63,293 nucleotides of DNA from an uncultured Candidatus Saccharibacteria bacterium (GCA_964354985.1 CAYHBR010000004.1:1-63293); one strand, 5' to 3'; positions 29,522 to 39,773 are shown, counted from the first letter of the stretch. The notes: a model not told the origin generated them from the sequence alone. Made by a program: numbers and translations.

Positions 29522-31234
29522 CTACATTTTCTCAGGAACTTTTATTCCGAGCAAATACAATCCTTTAGAGAGAACGTTTGCAACTGCACCAGACACAGCG
29601 ACACGGTAACCGCTTGTCGTATCAGTTTCAGAAATTATTTGTTCGTTTGCATAAAAATTGTTAAATGCGCCAGCTAGTTCTATGAGATATGTCGCAATGT
29701 GGTGTGGTGCACGATCTTCTATCGCACGGAGAGTGACTGCCGGAAAACGCTCGAGAATTCTTTCGATGTTTATTGTGACATCTGTGGGATTTTTAAGACT
29801 TGGTTTTATACCAGCTTCTTTTGATTTGCGACAGATGGAGCGCGCACGAGTTGCTGAGTACTGCAGGTACGGACCAGAGTCACCATCGAAAGAAATTGAT
29901 TTATCAAAATCAAAAATAATATCGCTTCCTATTCCGGAATGCAATATCGAAAATTTTATAGCAGATACTCCGACAGCCTCAGCAACTACTGCTCTTTCTT
30001 CAGCAGTGAAGTCACGTTCTTTGATAATTTCCAAGATAGATTCTTTGGCATCACGAATAAGTGACTCTCCGGTTATAACATTGCCCCTCCTTGAACTCAT
30101 TTTGCCTGCCGCGAAACGCATCATTCCGTGTGTAATGTGTTCCATTTTTTCGGCATAGTTTTCTTCTTTGAACATCTGGCGAATTGCTTCCGTCACAACT
30201 TCCATATAATCTTTTTGCTCAATGGCTGTTGTAACAATAGAAAGATCCGGATTTATTTTAGTGAATTTCTCAACAGTAAGTGCCAATTCTTTTGCGTCGT
30301 ATAAAGGCAGTCCTTGGCTTGTTAAAAATACGCGGGTATGCAACTTTTTATTAAACTTTTCTGCTCGAAAAATAACAGCACCATCTGATTCTTCAAAAAC
30401 ACCTTTTTCCAAATACTCACGAACCAAAGCCACTCCGTGAGAAGCGACTTCTGATTCGAAAAAATAATTATCAAATTTTGTACCAAGAGTTTTGTATATC
30501 TCTTCAAATGCTTCAAGTGTAACCTTGCGTCCTTCAGCGTAAAGTTCTTTGTATTCTGCATCGCCCTCATATAGTTTTTTATTTAAAATATCAATCTCAT
30601 TTTTGACGCCTTCCTCGTCTTCATACAGAGCACTGCCGAAAGCGTAACACTCGCCAATATAGTCAGCTTTTTCACTCACTGTTTTTCCGAGTATCCCTTG
30701 TCCTTTTTTCAATATACCAAACATTGTTTTTGCAACATGAAGTCCTATGTCTCCCTGATAATTTGCGCGAACAACCTCGCCTCCGTGAAAATCAATCAGG
30801 CGGGCGATCGATTCCCCTATTGCATTCGACATCAAGTGACCAATATGAAAAGGCTTGAACGGGTTTGGTTGGGTGTACTCAACGACAACTTTTTTTGTTT
30901 CAAATAAATCACTTCTTCCAAAAAGATCGCCGTCGCGAAGAATAAATTCTAGGATACCGGTAAAATATTCACGCGATAAATTGAAATTTATAAAACCTGG
31001 TCCGGCGACATTCACTGAATCAATATATGGGGGTAGGTTGTCTTTCATCTCAGTGACGATAGCCTGCGCAATAGTAACTGGTGACTTTCCATACTGCTTT
31101 GAAATACTAAGTGCCACAGAAGACATATAGTCACCGTGTCCCAGTTCTTTTGGGTACATTATTTCTGCTTTGCCGACCAAAAAGCCGACCTTGCGCATTG
31201 TGTCTTCTAAAAATGTTTGGAGTTTATCTTTCAT
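29522..31234 (-). CDS. argS: arginine--tRNA ligase
   Basis: EYTQPNPFKPFHIGHLMSNAIG (HIGH), a DALR anticodon-binding C-terminus and the typical terminal Met. Confidence 0.95.
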   Translation of the reverse strand: MKDKLQTFLEDTMRKVGFLVGKAEIMYPKELGHGDYMSSVALSISKQYGKSPVTIAQAIVTEMKDNLPPYIDSVNVAGPGFINFNLSREYFTGILEFILRDGDLFGRSDLFETKKVVVEYTQPNPFKPFHIGHLMSNAIGESIARLIDFHGGEVVRANYQGDIGLHVAKTMFGILKKGQGILGKTVSEKADYIGECYAFGSALYEDEEGVKNEIDILNKKLYEGDAEYKELYAEGRKVTLEAFEEIYKTLGTKFDNYFFESEVASHGVALVREYLEKGVFEESDGAVIFRAEKFNKKLHTRVFLTSQGLPLYDAKELALTVEKFTKINPDLSIVTTAIEQKDYMEVVTEAIRQMFKEENYAEKMEHITHGMMRFAAGKMSSRRGNVITGESLIRDAKESILEIIKERDFTAEERAVVAEAVGVSAIKFSILHSGIGSDIIFDFDKSISFDGDSGPYLQYSATRARSICRKSKEAGIKPSLKNPTDVTINIERILERFPAVTLRAIEDRAPHHIATYLIELAGAFNNFYANEQIISETDTTSGYRVAVSGAVANVLSKGLYLLGIKVPEKM

Positions 31235-31260
31235 AAATTGATTATTTATTGATGGGAAAT

Positions 31261-31683
31261 TTATCTGCCAGTACTACCAAAACCACTACCTCCTCGCTCT
31301 GTATCTGAAAGTATATCAGTTTCTTTAAAAACAGCTTGTTCTGTTTTTTGAATGAGCAATTGGGCAACTTTGTCTCCAACATGGAAGGTATGGTCTTCGC
31401 CTGAAAGATTTGCGATTGCAACAATAATTTCACCTCGGTATTCTGAATCTATCACACCAGCTATTGTCGTTAAACCTTTCTTTGTTGCTAAACCACTTTT
31501 TCCCCAAACCAAACCCGCGTAGCCATCGGGAATTTCAAGAGCAATACCTGTTCCAACAGTCCCCCTGCCGTGGGCTGGGATTGTTATTTCAGAGCAAGAA
31601 AAAAGATCCGCTCCGGCATCAGTTAGATGAGCGTAACTCGGGAAAGTCGCTTCTGGCTTAAGTTTTTTAATCTTTATTTCCAC
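31261..31683 (-). CDS. dut: dUTP diphosphatase
   Basis: AGADL, GVIDSEYRGEI, RGGSGFGSTG. GTG start. Confidence 0.92.
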   Translation of the reverse strand: MEIKIKKLKPEATFPSYAHLTDAGADLFSCSEITIPAHGRGTVGTGIALEIPDGYAGLVWGKSGLATKKGLTTIAGVIDSEYRGEIIVAIANLSGEDHTFHVGDKVAQLLIQKTEQAVFKETDILSDTERGGSGFGSTGR

Positions 31684-31798
31684 GCGGTTATAGTAACATA
31701 GCTAGTCAAAATCTACACGCCTGATTTTTTCTACAATTTGACAAAATACTCAGGTGGAGTAATTTTAAACCAAAACTAGAAACTTAAAAACAATAAAT

Positions 31799-32263
31799 AT
31801 GAAAAATGACTATAAAAAATCATTTGTTGATGTAGAAAACGCCACAGGCGAAGACTATCGAAACCTTATCAAGATAATTGCAAAAGACGAGGTCTGTCCG
31901 TTTTGCAAAGAAAATCTTGAAAAATACGGCAACAAAATAATCGACGAAACTGATTATTGGTTGCTAATTGAAAAACAAAATCTTGCCGACGGAAAAAGAA
32001 ACCAGCTTGTTGCAATACCAAAAAAACATATTGAAACGATTTGGGAAATTGAACCGGGAGTTAGTGCTGACTTATTGAAATTGTTTTCTCGAGGAGCTAT
32101 CGAAAGAGGCATCGAAGGCGGTGCGCTTGTTATCCGTTTTGGTAACACAAAACTCTCAGGTGCGACAATAAAGCACCTGCACGTAGAGTTGATTGAGCCA
32201 GAAATTGGCGAAGAAGTAGAATTCCATATTGGACACAATTCAAAGAATAAAATTCTAGAGTAA
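31799..32263 (+). CDS. HIT-like protein (degenerate histidine triad)
   Basis: A CPFC zinc-like motif and IPKKHI. The triad position reads KHLHVEL, where the third His is replaced by Glu. Confidence 0.45.
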   Translation: MKNDYKKSFVDVENATGEDYRNLIKIIAKDEVCPFCKENLEKYGNKIIDETDYWLLIEKQNLADGKRNQLVAIPKKHIETIWEIEPGVSADLLKLFSRGAIERGIEGGALVIRFGNTKLSGATIKHLHVELIEPEIGEEVEFHIGHNSKNKILE

Positions 32264-32291
32264 AAATGACAGGCAAATAATTTAAACATTA

Positions 32292-32317
32292 AACAGCGCA
32301 ATTTGCGCTGTTTTTTT
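32292..32317 (+). terminator. intrinsic terminator
   Basis: acagcgca-at-ttgcgctgt followed by T7. Confidence 0.85.
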
Positions 32318-32358
32318 ATAGAATGGCAAAAAAGTTGGCGCCATTGTATGATATTTAG

Positions 32359-32853
32359 ATGGAAAACACTAAACACGAGCGTCCATCTTGGGATGAATAT
32401 TTTGTAGGAATTACTGAGGCTGTGGCGGGTCGTGCGACTTGTGACCGCGGACGCTCCGGTTGTGTCATTGTTAAAGACAAACAAATATTGGTAACGGGTT
32501 ATGTGGGAGCTCCAAAAGGGATGCCACACTGCGATGAAGTCGGTCACCAGATGAAAACGATGCGTCACGAAGATGGCTCGGAGACGAAACACTGTGTTCG
32601 AACAGCTCACGCCGAGCAAAACGCCATAGTTCAGGCAGCAAAGCGTGGTGTCTCGATAGATGGAAGTACTATCTATTGCAAAATGACACCTTGTTCGACT
32701 TGTGCAAAAATGATTATCAATTCTGGAGTAGTGCGTGTCGTCTGCGAAAAAAGATATCACGCAGGTGGTGAGAGCGAGGAAATGTTTAAGCAGGTTGGAC
32801 TTAAACTAGATTTTATAGATGAAAATATTGAAAATTATGAAAACCAAAAATAA
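32359..32853 (+). CDS. comEB: deoxycytidylate (dCMP) deaminase
   Basis: WDEYF, HAEQNAI and PCSTCAKMI zinc-binding motifs. Confidence 0.88.
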   Translation: MENTKHERPSWDEYFVGITEAVAGRATCDRGRSGCVIVKDKQILVTGYVGAPKGMPHCDEVGHQMKTMRHEDGSETKHCVRTAHAEQNAIVQAAKRGVSIDGSTIYCKMTPCSTCAKMIINSGVVRVVCEKRYHAGGESEEMFKQVGLKLDFIDENIENYENQK

Positions 32854-33439
32854 AGTGGTGCAAAAAAACAAAGCAAAATCAATAAATAAAATCGTTGTTG
32901 GTTTTGTTGGAAAAATTTGCTCGGGCAAAGGCGTGGCGACAGAATATCTTGCCAAGAAATATTCGGCTGACACTATTCTTTTTTCGGAGTCAATGCGTGA
33001 CTGCTTGGCGCGAATCTATCAGCCGACAACCCGAGAAAATATGCAGAAAATTTCACTTATCCTTCGCCAAAACTTTGGGCAGGATATTTTTTCTCAAACT
33101 GTTTTTGAAGACGTAGTTGTTAGCAAGAAAAAAGTTATTGCGATAGACGGCATCCGCCGAATAGATGACATAAAAACTCTAACAAAGCTTCCGAAGTTTA
33201 TTCTTGTACAACTAGTCTCACCTGCTGAAATGCGATTCGCTCGACTTAAAAAAAGAAAACAAAATCCTGGTGAGGCAAAAATAAAATGGGAACAGTTTAT
33301 GATTCAAGACAATGCTGAAACAGAAGAAACAATAACGGCTGTTGCAAAAAAAGCAAAATATACGATAAGCAACAGTGGTTCACTAAAAGATTTTTATTCT
33401 GAAATTGATAAAATACTATCTAAAGAAAAGATGAAGTAG
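32819..33439 (+). CDS. P-loop nucleotide/nucleoside kinase-like protein
   Basis: Walker A is GFVGKICSGKG. The start overlaps the dCMP deaminase 3' end. Substrate unknown. Confidence 0.5.
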   Translation: MKILKIMKTKNKVVQKNKAKSINKIVVGFVGKICSGKGVATEYLAKKYSADTILFSESMRDCLARIYQPTTRENMQKISLILRQNFGQDIFSQTVFEDVVVSKKKVIAIDGIRRIDDIKTLTKLPKFILVQLVSPAEMRFARLKKRKQNPGEAKIKWEQFMIQDNAETEETITAVAKKAKYTISNSGSLKDFYSEIDKILSKEKMK

Positions 33440-33457
33440 ATAGTATTTTACATCACA

Positions 33458-33497
33458 GCAAAACAAAAACCTCCCAAAAGGGCGGTTTTTGTTTTGC
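33458..33497. terminator. long bidirectional hairpin between convergent genes
   Basis: gcaaaacaaaaacc(t)ccc-aaaa-ggg(c)ggtttttgttttgc. Confidence 0.75.
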
Positions 33498-33504
33498 TGT
33501 TAAT

Positions 33505-33930
33505 TTAGTCAACAATCGTGATACCAGCATTCTTTGCTGTTCCCTCGATGATCTTCATCGCTCCCTCGATATCATTGGCATTGAGATCACGCATTTTCTT
33601 CTCTGCTATTTCACGAACCTGAGCTCGTGTGATCTTCCCTACCTTTGAGATGTTTGGTTTACCTGAACCTTTTTCGATACCTGCTGCCTTAAAGATGAGC
33701 GCTGATGTTATTGGGGTTTTGACGACAAAATCATAGCTTCGGTCTTCATAAACATTGATCTTGACTCCGACTGTCTCACCGAGCCATTCCTGACTAGCGG
33801 CATTGAACTTCTGCACGAAGTCACCAATGTTAATACCAGCCTGACCGATTGCCGGTCCGATTGGTGGTGCTGGCGTAGCCTTTCCGGCTGGTGCCAATAG
33901 TTTTACTTTTTTGATAATTTTTTTAGCCAT
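33505..33930 (-). CDS. rplK: 50S ribosomal protein L11
   Basis: [26 protein letters not shown]... Confidence 0.96.
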   Translation of the reverse strand: MAKKIIKKVKLLAPAGKATPAPPIGPAIGQAGINIGDFVQKFNAASQEWLGETVGVKINVYEDRSYDFVVKTPITSALIFKAAGIEKGSGKPNISKVGKITRAQVREIAEKKMRDLNANDIEGAMKIIEGTAKNAGITIVD

Positions 33931-34012
33931 ATATTGTTTGAAAATTTAAAAATTGAAGCGTGCGTAACGAGCATGATATTACCTGATAATAGCTCCCGCG
34001 TCAAACCGAGGA

Positions 34013-34558
34013 CTAGAGCTTCTTAACCTGCAAGAAGTCGAGCTCAACTGGAGTTTCGCGACCGAACATCGAAACGAGCACCCGGACTTTTCCTCGATCT
34101 GTATCAACTGCTGAGATTTTGCCTTCGAGTTCTTTAAACGGACCATCAGCAATCATTACTGTTTCGCCAACAACGAGGTCAATATTGTGAGTAACAGACT
34201 TATCGTCCATTCTTGAGAACAAGTTTTTAATTTCTTCCGGTGAAAGTGGGACTGGGTTTACACCAGCGCCGACGAAACCAGTGACACGTGGAGTGTTGCG
34301 GACAACATACCAAGAATCGTCGGTCACAATCATATCAACCAAAACATAACCTGGGTAGATTTTTTCTTCTTGTTCAACTCGTTTACCTCCCTTGATTTTT
34401 ATTTTTTTCTCTACAGGCACAATGACATTGAAAATTCTGTCTTGCATTCCGAGAGATTCGATACGCTGGCGGAGGTTTCGGAGCACAGCATTTTCATAAC
34501 CAGAATAGGTATGAATTGCGTACCAGTGTCGCTCACCGCTTGATTCTTGTTTTGCCAT
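34013..34558 (-). CDS. nusG: transcription termination/antitermination factor NusG
   Basis: WYAIHTYSGYENAV (NGN domain) and a KOW motif (GETVMIADGPFKELEGKI). Confidence 0.93.
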   Translation of the reverse strand: MAKQESSGERHWYAIHTYSGYENAVLRNLRQRIESLGMQDRIFNVIVPVEKKIKIKGGKRVEQEEKIYPGYVLVDMIVTDDSWYVVRNTPRVTGFVGAGVNPVPLSPEEIKNLFSRMDDKSVTHNIDLVVGETVMIADGPFKELEGKISAVDTDRGKVRVLVSMFGRETPVELDFLQVKKL

Positions 34559-34603
34559 AATGATTAGAAATTAAAAGTTATTAAATAAATTTATTAAATG
34601 AAA

Positions 34604-34786
34604 CTAAAACGACAATAGTTTTCCAAGTCCAAATGAAAACAGTGAATCAAATGCCCAAAGAAAATATGCGACACCGATTGAAATAAGAATAACTGCAAAT
34701 GTTGAAACCATAACCTCTTTGCGAGTTGGCCACTTTACCTGCTTCATCTCTTCTTTTGTAGATTTTATGTAATCAATTGCTTTCAT
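34604..34786 (-). CDS. secE: preprotein translocase subunit SecE
   Basis: 60 aa: EMKQVKWPTRKEV followed by a TM helix, in secE-nusG-rplK synteny. Confidence 0.85.
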   Translation of the reverse strand: MKAIDYIKSTKEEMKQVKWPTRKEVMVSTFAVILISIGVAYFLWAFDSLFSFGLGKLLSF

Positions 34787-34871
34787 ATATTTTTGATATT
34801 CTTCTTATAAAAAAGCCGCCCCGGAGGACGGTATTTCTATACTACTCCTAATAGTCGAATCGGTCAATTAT

Positions 34872-35660
34872 CTATCTTATTTCGTAAGAAATCGTCACAT
34901 TTGAAGAGATTTTGTTTTGACCGGCTGGGATTTCTGCAACTGGAGCAGAAGCCTCGGAAGCATCCAGGCTAGCATTTTTGCCATAGGCCATACCGTAATA
35001 TCCACCATTTGATTCTTGGAAACTAATTACCCTGACAATGTGAACACCTAAGTCTCGAGCCAGCACCACAGCTTTAGCACGAGCCTTTTTTATAGCCTCC
35101 GCGCGAGCCTGATCCTTTAATGCATCTTCGTTTTCAATAGAAAAATTTGGACCGGAGATATTGGAAATACCACTTGTACCAAGACCTGTGAGCAACTCAC
35201 CAACTGTGTCTATCGAGCGAACTTTAACATCGACAGTTTGACTGGCTTCATACCCAACAATCTTTGGACTGCGTGATGGGCAATAACCATTTGTACAAAC
35301 GGCCGTACCATAATCATACTTTGGTTGCGCGTAATAATTACTTGTTTTTATATCTTTCTCATCAATCCCCTGACTTTTTAGATAAGCGATCGCTTTGTTT
35401 ACTAGCTCGCTTTCTTTTTCTTGAGCAATTTTAGTTGTACTACCCTCTCCGCGAGCGGTAAAAGCAATAGTTGCAATGTCTAACACAGCAAAAACATCAC
35501 TGTCACCAGAAACTGAAATGGTACTTGGAGTATCTTTCGTTCCAATGTACTGACCGGTGCGGATTTCGTTGACTATCTTTGCAACAAAATAAATAGAAAT
35601 AATAGAAAGAAAGGCTACCAATCCTGTCGAAATTCTCTGTTTTTGTATATCGTTTAACAT
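34872..35660 (-). CDS. SIMPL (DUF541) domain protein
   Basis: TM anchor, ISVSGDSDVF...ARGEGSTTKIAQEKESELVNKAIAYLKSQGIDEKDIKTSNY, and the characteristic C-terminal ISSNVTISYEI. Confidence 0.72.
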   Translation of the reverse strand: MLNDIQKQRISTGLVAFLSIISIYFVAKIVNEIRTGQYIGTKDTPSTISVSGDSDVFAVLDIATIAFTARGEGSTTKIAQEKESELVNKAIAYLKSQGIDEKDIKTSNYYAQPKYDYGTAVCTNGYCPSRSPKIVGYEASQTVDVKVRSIDTVGELLTGLGTSGISNISGPNFSIENEDALKDQARAEAIKKARAKAVVLARDLGVHIVRVISFQESNGGYYGMAYGKNASLDASEASAPVAEIPAGQNKISSNVTISYEIR

Positions 35661-35695
35661 ATAATTGATGACTTATTATTTATAAGTTTATTTAT

Positions 35696-36163
35696 TTAAT
35701 TGACAGCTACAAGCTCAACATCAAAAATAAGTGTTGCATTTGCCGGAATAATTCCATTGCTTGCAGCTCCGTAACCAAGCTCTGGGGCAATAGTTAGAGT
35801 TCTTTTTTCACCTACTTTCATACCAAGCACCCCAAGCTCCCAACCCTGAATCACACGACCTTCTCCGAGTTTAAATGAAAATGGCTCAACGTGACTAAAT
35901 GCAGGATCTATATTTGAATCAAATTTTGTGCCATCAACAAGTGTACCTGTGTAATTTACAGTAACATTGTCTCCTATTCTAGAAGCACTGCCTGACCCTT
36001 CAACACTCGTGACTACCTTTAACTTGCCATCTGCTAAAATATTTTCAAAAACTTGCTGTTGGTTATCGTTCATACCTGTTTTATTCTTATTACCTTTTAA
36101 TAAATACCAACCTGCACCAATTACCGCAATAATAACTAAAATTGAAATTAATGTTTTATTCAT
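35696..36163 (-). CDS. FKBP-type peptidyl-prolyl cis-trans isomerase (membrane-anchored)
   Basis: VNYTGTLVDGTKFDSN, GWELGVLGMKVGEKRTLTIAPELGYG, LIFDVELV. Confidence 0.92.
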   Translation of the reverse strand: MNKTLISILVIIAVIGAGWYLLKGNKNKTGMNDNQQQVFENILADGKLKVVTSVEGSGSASRIGDNVTVNYTGTLVDGTKFDSNIDPAFSHVEPFSFKLGEGRVIQGWELGVLGMKVGEKRTLTIAPELGYGAASNGIIPANATLIFDVELVAVN

Positions 36164-36307
36164 ATATAAGATTATACATTATTTTTTATCTGACTATTAG
36201 AGTAACTTCTAAACACAATACTAGCTATAGAAATCAATATCCCAACATCAACCGTATTGACTGATATGTGAAAAAACAAAAAAACACTTTCGTGTATAAT
36301 TAATAAT

Positions 36308-37441
36308 ATGAAATTGGGGTTTCTGGTTTTCATAATACCGATACTATTACTCTTAGGGGTTGTATCATTTATTATATTTAAGGCTGGGATATCATTCGGA
36401 ATAATTAGGACACCAATCGCTAAAAAAATTGCTTCGATAATAATAATCCTTATGCCCATTGTTCTTATTGCAACAATGACAATAGGTGGCAAGATCTATA
36501 GCCCAGTTAATAATTTTTTCTATCTAATAACTGTAATATGGCTTCCTATCCTTGTTTATTTATCTATCGGAATCGCTATATTATTTATAATAAAATTTAT
36601 TGCAACCAAGTCTGGAATTAGTACGGGGGAAAATAAAACCTTAGCTTTAAGAATGTTTCCTGTTGCTCTTTCTATAATTATTGCCGTGTGTGGGTTGATT
36701 GTTTTTGGAATAGTTAATGCCTCAATCCCGAGAGTTGTTTATTACGAGATAAACTCGCCTTCTCTTAGCAAGAACTGGGCGGTTAAAAATATTATCCTTG
36801 TTTCAGACTTACACCTCGGAGTTGTTAGAAGCGAAAATTTTATGAACAAGGTTGTTAAAAAAATAAACAGCGAACAGCCGGACATTGTACTTATTGCTGG
36901 CGATATTATCGATAGTCCTGTTTTTAATTATAGAAAAAGTTTATTACCGCTAAATGGAATTAAATCTAAACTAGGAATATTTTACACTCCAGGAAACCAC
37001 GAGGCATACAACAACGAGCCTGAAATATTTTTTCCTATCATTAAATCTTTATCGAATACTCTTATTGATAGGAGTATTGAAATAAATGGCACAAATATAA
37101 TAGGTGTCGACTTTAGTAACGAGAGCCTTTCTGAAACAAGCACTCGTATATCGGAAATTAATATAAATAAAAATCTACCTAGTATCGCTCTTTTGCACGA
37201 TCCAAAAAACACGCAAGCCCTTTTAGACGCAGGAATCTCGCTGGTTGTTTCGGGACACACTCACTGTGGTCAATTTTTTCCAATAAATCTAATAGTCAGA
37301 GCTATTTACGGTAAATACACTTATGGTATTTCAAATCAAACAAAAGACGGTGCTTCGATCACCTCTTGTGGAGCAGGAACTGCCATGTCTCCGATCAGGA
37401 TTGGAACAAACTCTGAAATTGTCGTAATTCACATTCACTAA
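36308..37441 (+). CDS. membrane-anchored metallophosphoesterase
   Basis: 4-5 N-terminal TM helices, then VSDLHLG, AGDIID, GNHE and GHTH motifs. Confidence 0.85.
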   Translation: MKLGFLVFIIPILLLLGVVSFIIFKAGISFGIIRTPIAKKIASIIIILMPIVLIATMTIGGKIYSPVNNFFYLITVIWLPILVYLSIGIAILFIIKFIATKSGISTGENKTLALRMFPVALSIIIAVCGLIVFGIVNASIPRVVYYEINSPSLSKNWAVKNIILVSDLHLGVVRSENFMNKVVKKINSEQPDIVLIAGDIIDSPVFNYRKSLLPLNGIKSKLGIFYTPGNHEAYNNEPEIFFPIIKSLSNTLIDRSIEINGTNIIGVDFSNESLSETSTRISEININKNLPSIALLHDPKNTQALLDAGISLVVSGHTHCGQFFPINLIVRAIYGKYTYGISNQTKDGASITSCGAGTAMSPIRIGTNSEIVVIHIH

Positions 37442-37443
37442 TA

Positions 37444-38358
37444 TTAAAGAAACTTTTCTGCTCTCCACCTTGCAGTAACACCAGCAGGCAGAATAGCTCC
37501 CCTTTTTGAAGACTCCACAATAGTAAGCTCTAGGGTTTCTATTTTCCCTCCAAATTTTTCTTCTACCGCTTTTAAACAATTTCCAAAGGCAATAGCTGAA
37601 TAACCCGAGGCGTAACCCGAAATAATAAAAAACAAAGGATCATCAGACAGAAGCTGTACGCACCCATTGAAAAGTTCTGCGAAATTATCTTCGATTTTCC
37701 AAACCTCACCATCTGGTCCTCGACCAAAAGCGGGCGGGTCCATAACGATAGCATCATATTTATTCCCCCGCTTAACCTCGCGTTTAACAAAAGAGAGAGC
37801 ATCGTCAACCAACCAGCGAATTGTTTTGTCAGATAAATTATTATGCTCAGCATTTTCTTTTGCCCAATCAACAACAGGTTTTGAGGCATCAACATGAGTG
37901 ACTTCAGCGCCGGCTTTTACTGCTATCAAGGTCGCACCACCGGTGTATCCAAAAAGATTGATCACCTTAATATTTTCTTGTACAATTTCCTCCCCTTTTG
38001 ATTTTCTGTTTTGAATCGCCTCTGTTATAAATTCCCAGTTTGAAATTTGTTCTGGAAAAACACCGATATGCTTGAAAGATGTTGGTTTAATAACAAAAAC
38101 TAGACCACCGTGTTCAATGTGCCACAGCAAAGGCACATTTCCCGTAACTTTATTATCGATTTTACCTAGCCCAATTTTCTTCCGCCAAATTCCAGTTTTA
38201 GAATCCACTCGTTCAAAAGCCAGATCCGAGTCATTCCAAACTTCAGCCGGTTCACTTTTTTGCCAAAGAGCTTCGGGGTCGGGTCTGCGCAAAACAAAGT
38301 CCCCGATTGCTTCGAGTTTCTCTCCTTCTCCAGAATCTAGTAATTTATAATTTTTCAT
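37444..38358 (-). CDS. class I SAM-dependent (rRNA-type, RlmI/RlmK-like) methyltransferase
   Basis: GVFPEQ, NLFGYTGGATLIA, VTHVDASK, DPPAFG. Confidence 0.72.
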   Translation of the reverse strand: MKNYKLLDSGEGEKLEAIGDFVLRRPDPEALWQKSEPAEVWNDSDLAFERVDSKTGIWRKKIGLGKIDNKVTGNVPLLWHIEHGGLVFVIKPTSFKHIGVFPEQISNWEFITEAIQNRKSKGEEIVQENIKVINLFGYTGGATLIAVKAGAEVTHVDASKPVVDWAKENAEHNNLSDKTIRWLVDDALSFVKREVKRGNKYDAIVMDPPAFGRGPDGEVWKIEDNFAELFNGCVQLLSDDPLFFIISGYASGYSAIAFGNCLKAVEEKFGGKIETLELTIVESSKRGAILPAGVTARWRAEKFL

Positions 38359-38362
38359 AAAT

Positions 38363-38959
38363 TTATTTTTTTTTATTTTTTATTTTCTGAAAAGTTTTAA
38401 ACAAAAAAGGAATTAGGACTGATAGTCCGATGACCACGAAGATTATTGGCATAATAAATCTATCAGGGTTTGGAATATATTGACCAAAAAAATACCCGGC
38501 TCCGACAACTATTACCGGCCAAATTATCGCACCAATGGCATTGTATAGAGTAAAAGTTGAACGCTTCATCTTTCCAATGCCGGCAAGTGGTCCGACAACA
38601 GTACGAACCATCGGGATAAATCTTGCGAACAAAAGAGTCAGAACACCGAAGCGAGTAAAATATTGCTCTGCGCGCTCCATACTTTTTGTTGAAACAAGTC
38701 CGACTTCCCGCTTATTAAAAATCTGACTGCCGTATTTCTTTCCTAAATAATACGATAGTTCGTATCCTAAAAATGAGGCGACCGCGGTCACCAATATTGC
38801 GCCGAAAAAAGACATTTTTCCAACAGCTGCTAATATACCAAAAGCAAAAATCAAACTGTCTCCGGGGAAAACCATGCCTACCAAAAGGCCGGTTTCTGCA
38901 AAAATAGCGATTGCAAGACCAAGCAGTCCAAGTGTAGAAAATGTTTCAATATTAAACAT
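38363..38959 (-). CDS. DedA/SNARE-associated family membrane protein
   Basis: VFPGDSLIFAFGILA, RFIPMVRT. Confidence 0.8.
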   Translation of the reverse strand: MFNIETFSTLGLLGLAIAIFAETGLLVGMVFPGDSLIFAFGILAAVGKMSFFGAILVTAVASFLGYELSYYLGKKYGSQIFNKREVGLVSTKSMERAEQYFTRFGVLTLLFARFIPMVRTVVGPLAGIGKMKRSTFTLYNAIGAIIWPVIVVGAGYFFGQYIPNPDRFIMPIIFVVIGLSVLIPFLFKTFQKIKNKKK

Positions 38960-38978
38960 ATATATAATTTGGAGACGA

Positions 38979-39146
38979 TTAAAAGAAATTTAGGAGATAA
39001 GCCAATATAACAAGTGCGCCGATCGTACCAACAGCTGGATGAATCCGCCAAAGAATGATATCGATGATGACCAATCCAACAAACCACCATAGGCCTATTG
39101 CGGAAATAGAATTACTAATAGTTGTGAGAAATGTTTGTATACTCAT
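38979..39146 (-). CDS. possible 55-aa two-TM small membrane protein
   Basis: Hand translation gives MSIQTFLTTISNSISAIGLWWFVGLVIIDIILWRIHPAVGTIGALVILAYLLNFF*. It is below the ORF-track size cutoff. Confidence 0.3.
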   Translation of the reverse strand: MSIQTFLTTISNSISAIGLWWFVGLVIIDIILWRIHPAVGTIGALVILAYLLNFF

Positions 39147-39204
39147 GTTGGCATTTTATCACAATGGCTTGCTATCGGCGAGGAAAATATGTAGGATTGC
39201 CAAC

Positions 39205-39360
39205 ATGGACGATATTCTCAAACCAATTGGAACATTTCTGGGCTACGTTTGGCGTGGCGTACTTTTGATAGTTGTTGCCATTATTTATTTACCGGCTTTT
39301 CTTCTCACAACTTTATTAAATAAACCTTTCGAGGAAATGCTCAAGAACTTTGGATTATAG
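39205..39360 (+). CDS. possible 51-aa single-TM small protein
   Basis: The internal ATG of ORF 39055..39360 gives MDDILKPIGTFLGYVWRGVLLIVVAIIYLPAFLLTTLL... Confidence 0.3.
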   Translation: MDDILKPIGTFLGYVWRGVLLIVVAIIYLPAFLLTTLLNKPFEEMLKNFGL

Positions 39361-39410
39361 AAGCATTTTTATATATAAAAATCGTATGTGCAAAAAAAAT
39401 ACGCCGGTAG

Positions 39411-39773
39411 TTATACCGGCGCAAGATCGAGCCAACTCAAAATAAAATTTACCACACCTTCGGTTTTTATATACTGAAGAAATAAAACTTCTTTCGGTAA
39501 ATATCGAGGTATTTTTTTGTTTGAGTCAATAACTCCAATAACAGAAGATTGTGGGAACAATCTCAACATTTTTTCGACAAGCTCACTGTCTATTTCTTTT
39601 AGTGTTTCGATAAACACTAATTTTGTTGAATCTACTTTCGTAGAATCAATTTTAGAAGTAAAATTATCTCCCATTTCAAGTCTTGGCAACTGACTTTTTT
39701 TAAAATGTTTTCGGAGCTCAATGTAAAGCAAACCAGATTCTAGTCTGCCAACATCAACGAGTATTATTTTCAT
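39411..39773 (-). CDS. hypothetical protein (receiver-domain-like N-terminus, degenerate)
   Basis: 120 aa beginning MKIILVD. No clear phosphoacceptor context. Confidence 0.4.
   Translation of the reverse strand: MKIILVDVGRLESGLLYIELRKHFKKSQLPRLEMGDNFTSKIDSTKVDSTKLVFIETLKEIDSELVEKMLRLFPQSSVIGVIDSNKKIPRYLPKEVLFLQYIKTEGVVNFILSWLDLAPV

Noticed and set aside
31954-32760. 268-aa minus-strand ORF
   Set aside because: It is antisense to two well-supported plus-strand genes (the HIT-like gene and dCMP deaminase). Its Cys/Ser/Phe/Arg-rich composition is typical of antisense frames, and it has no recognisable motif.
36172-36492. 106-aa minus-strand ORF
   Set aside because: It overlaps the start and TM region of the metallophosphoesterase gene on the opposite strand. 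It is an Ile-rich antisense translation of an AT-rich TM-coding region.
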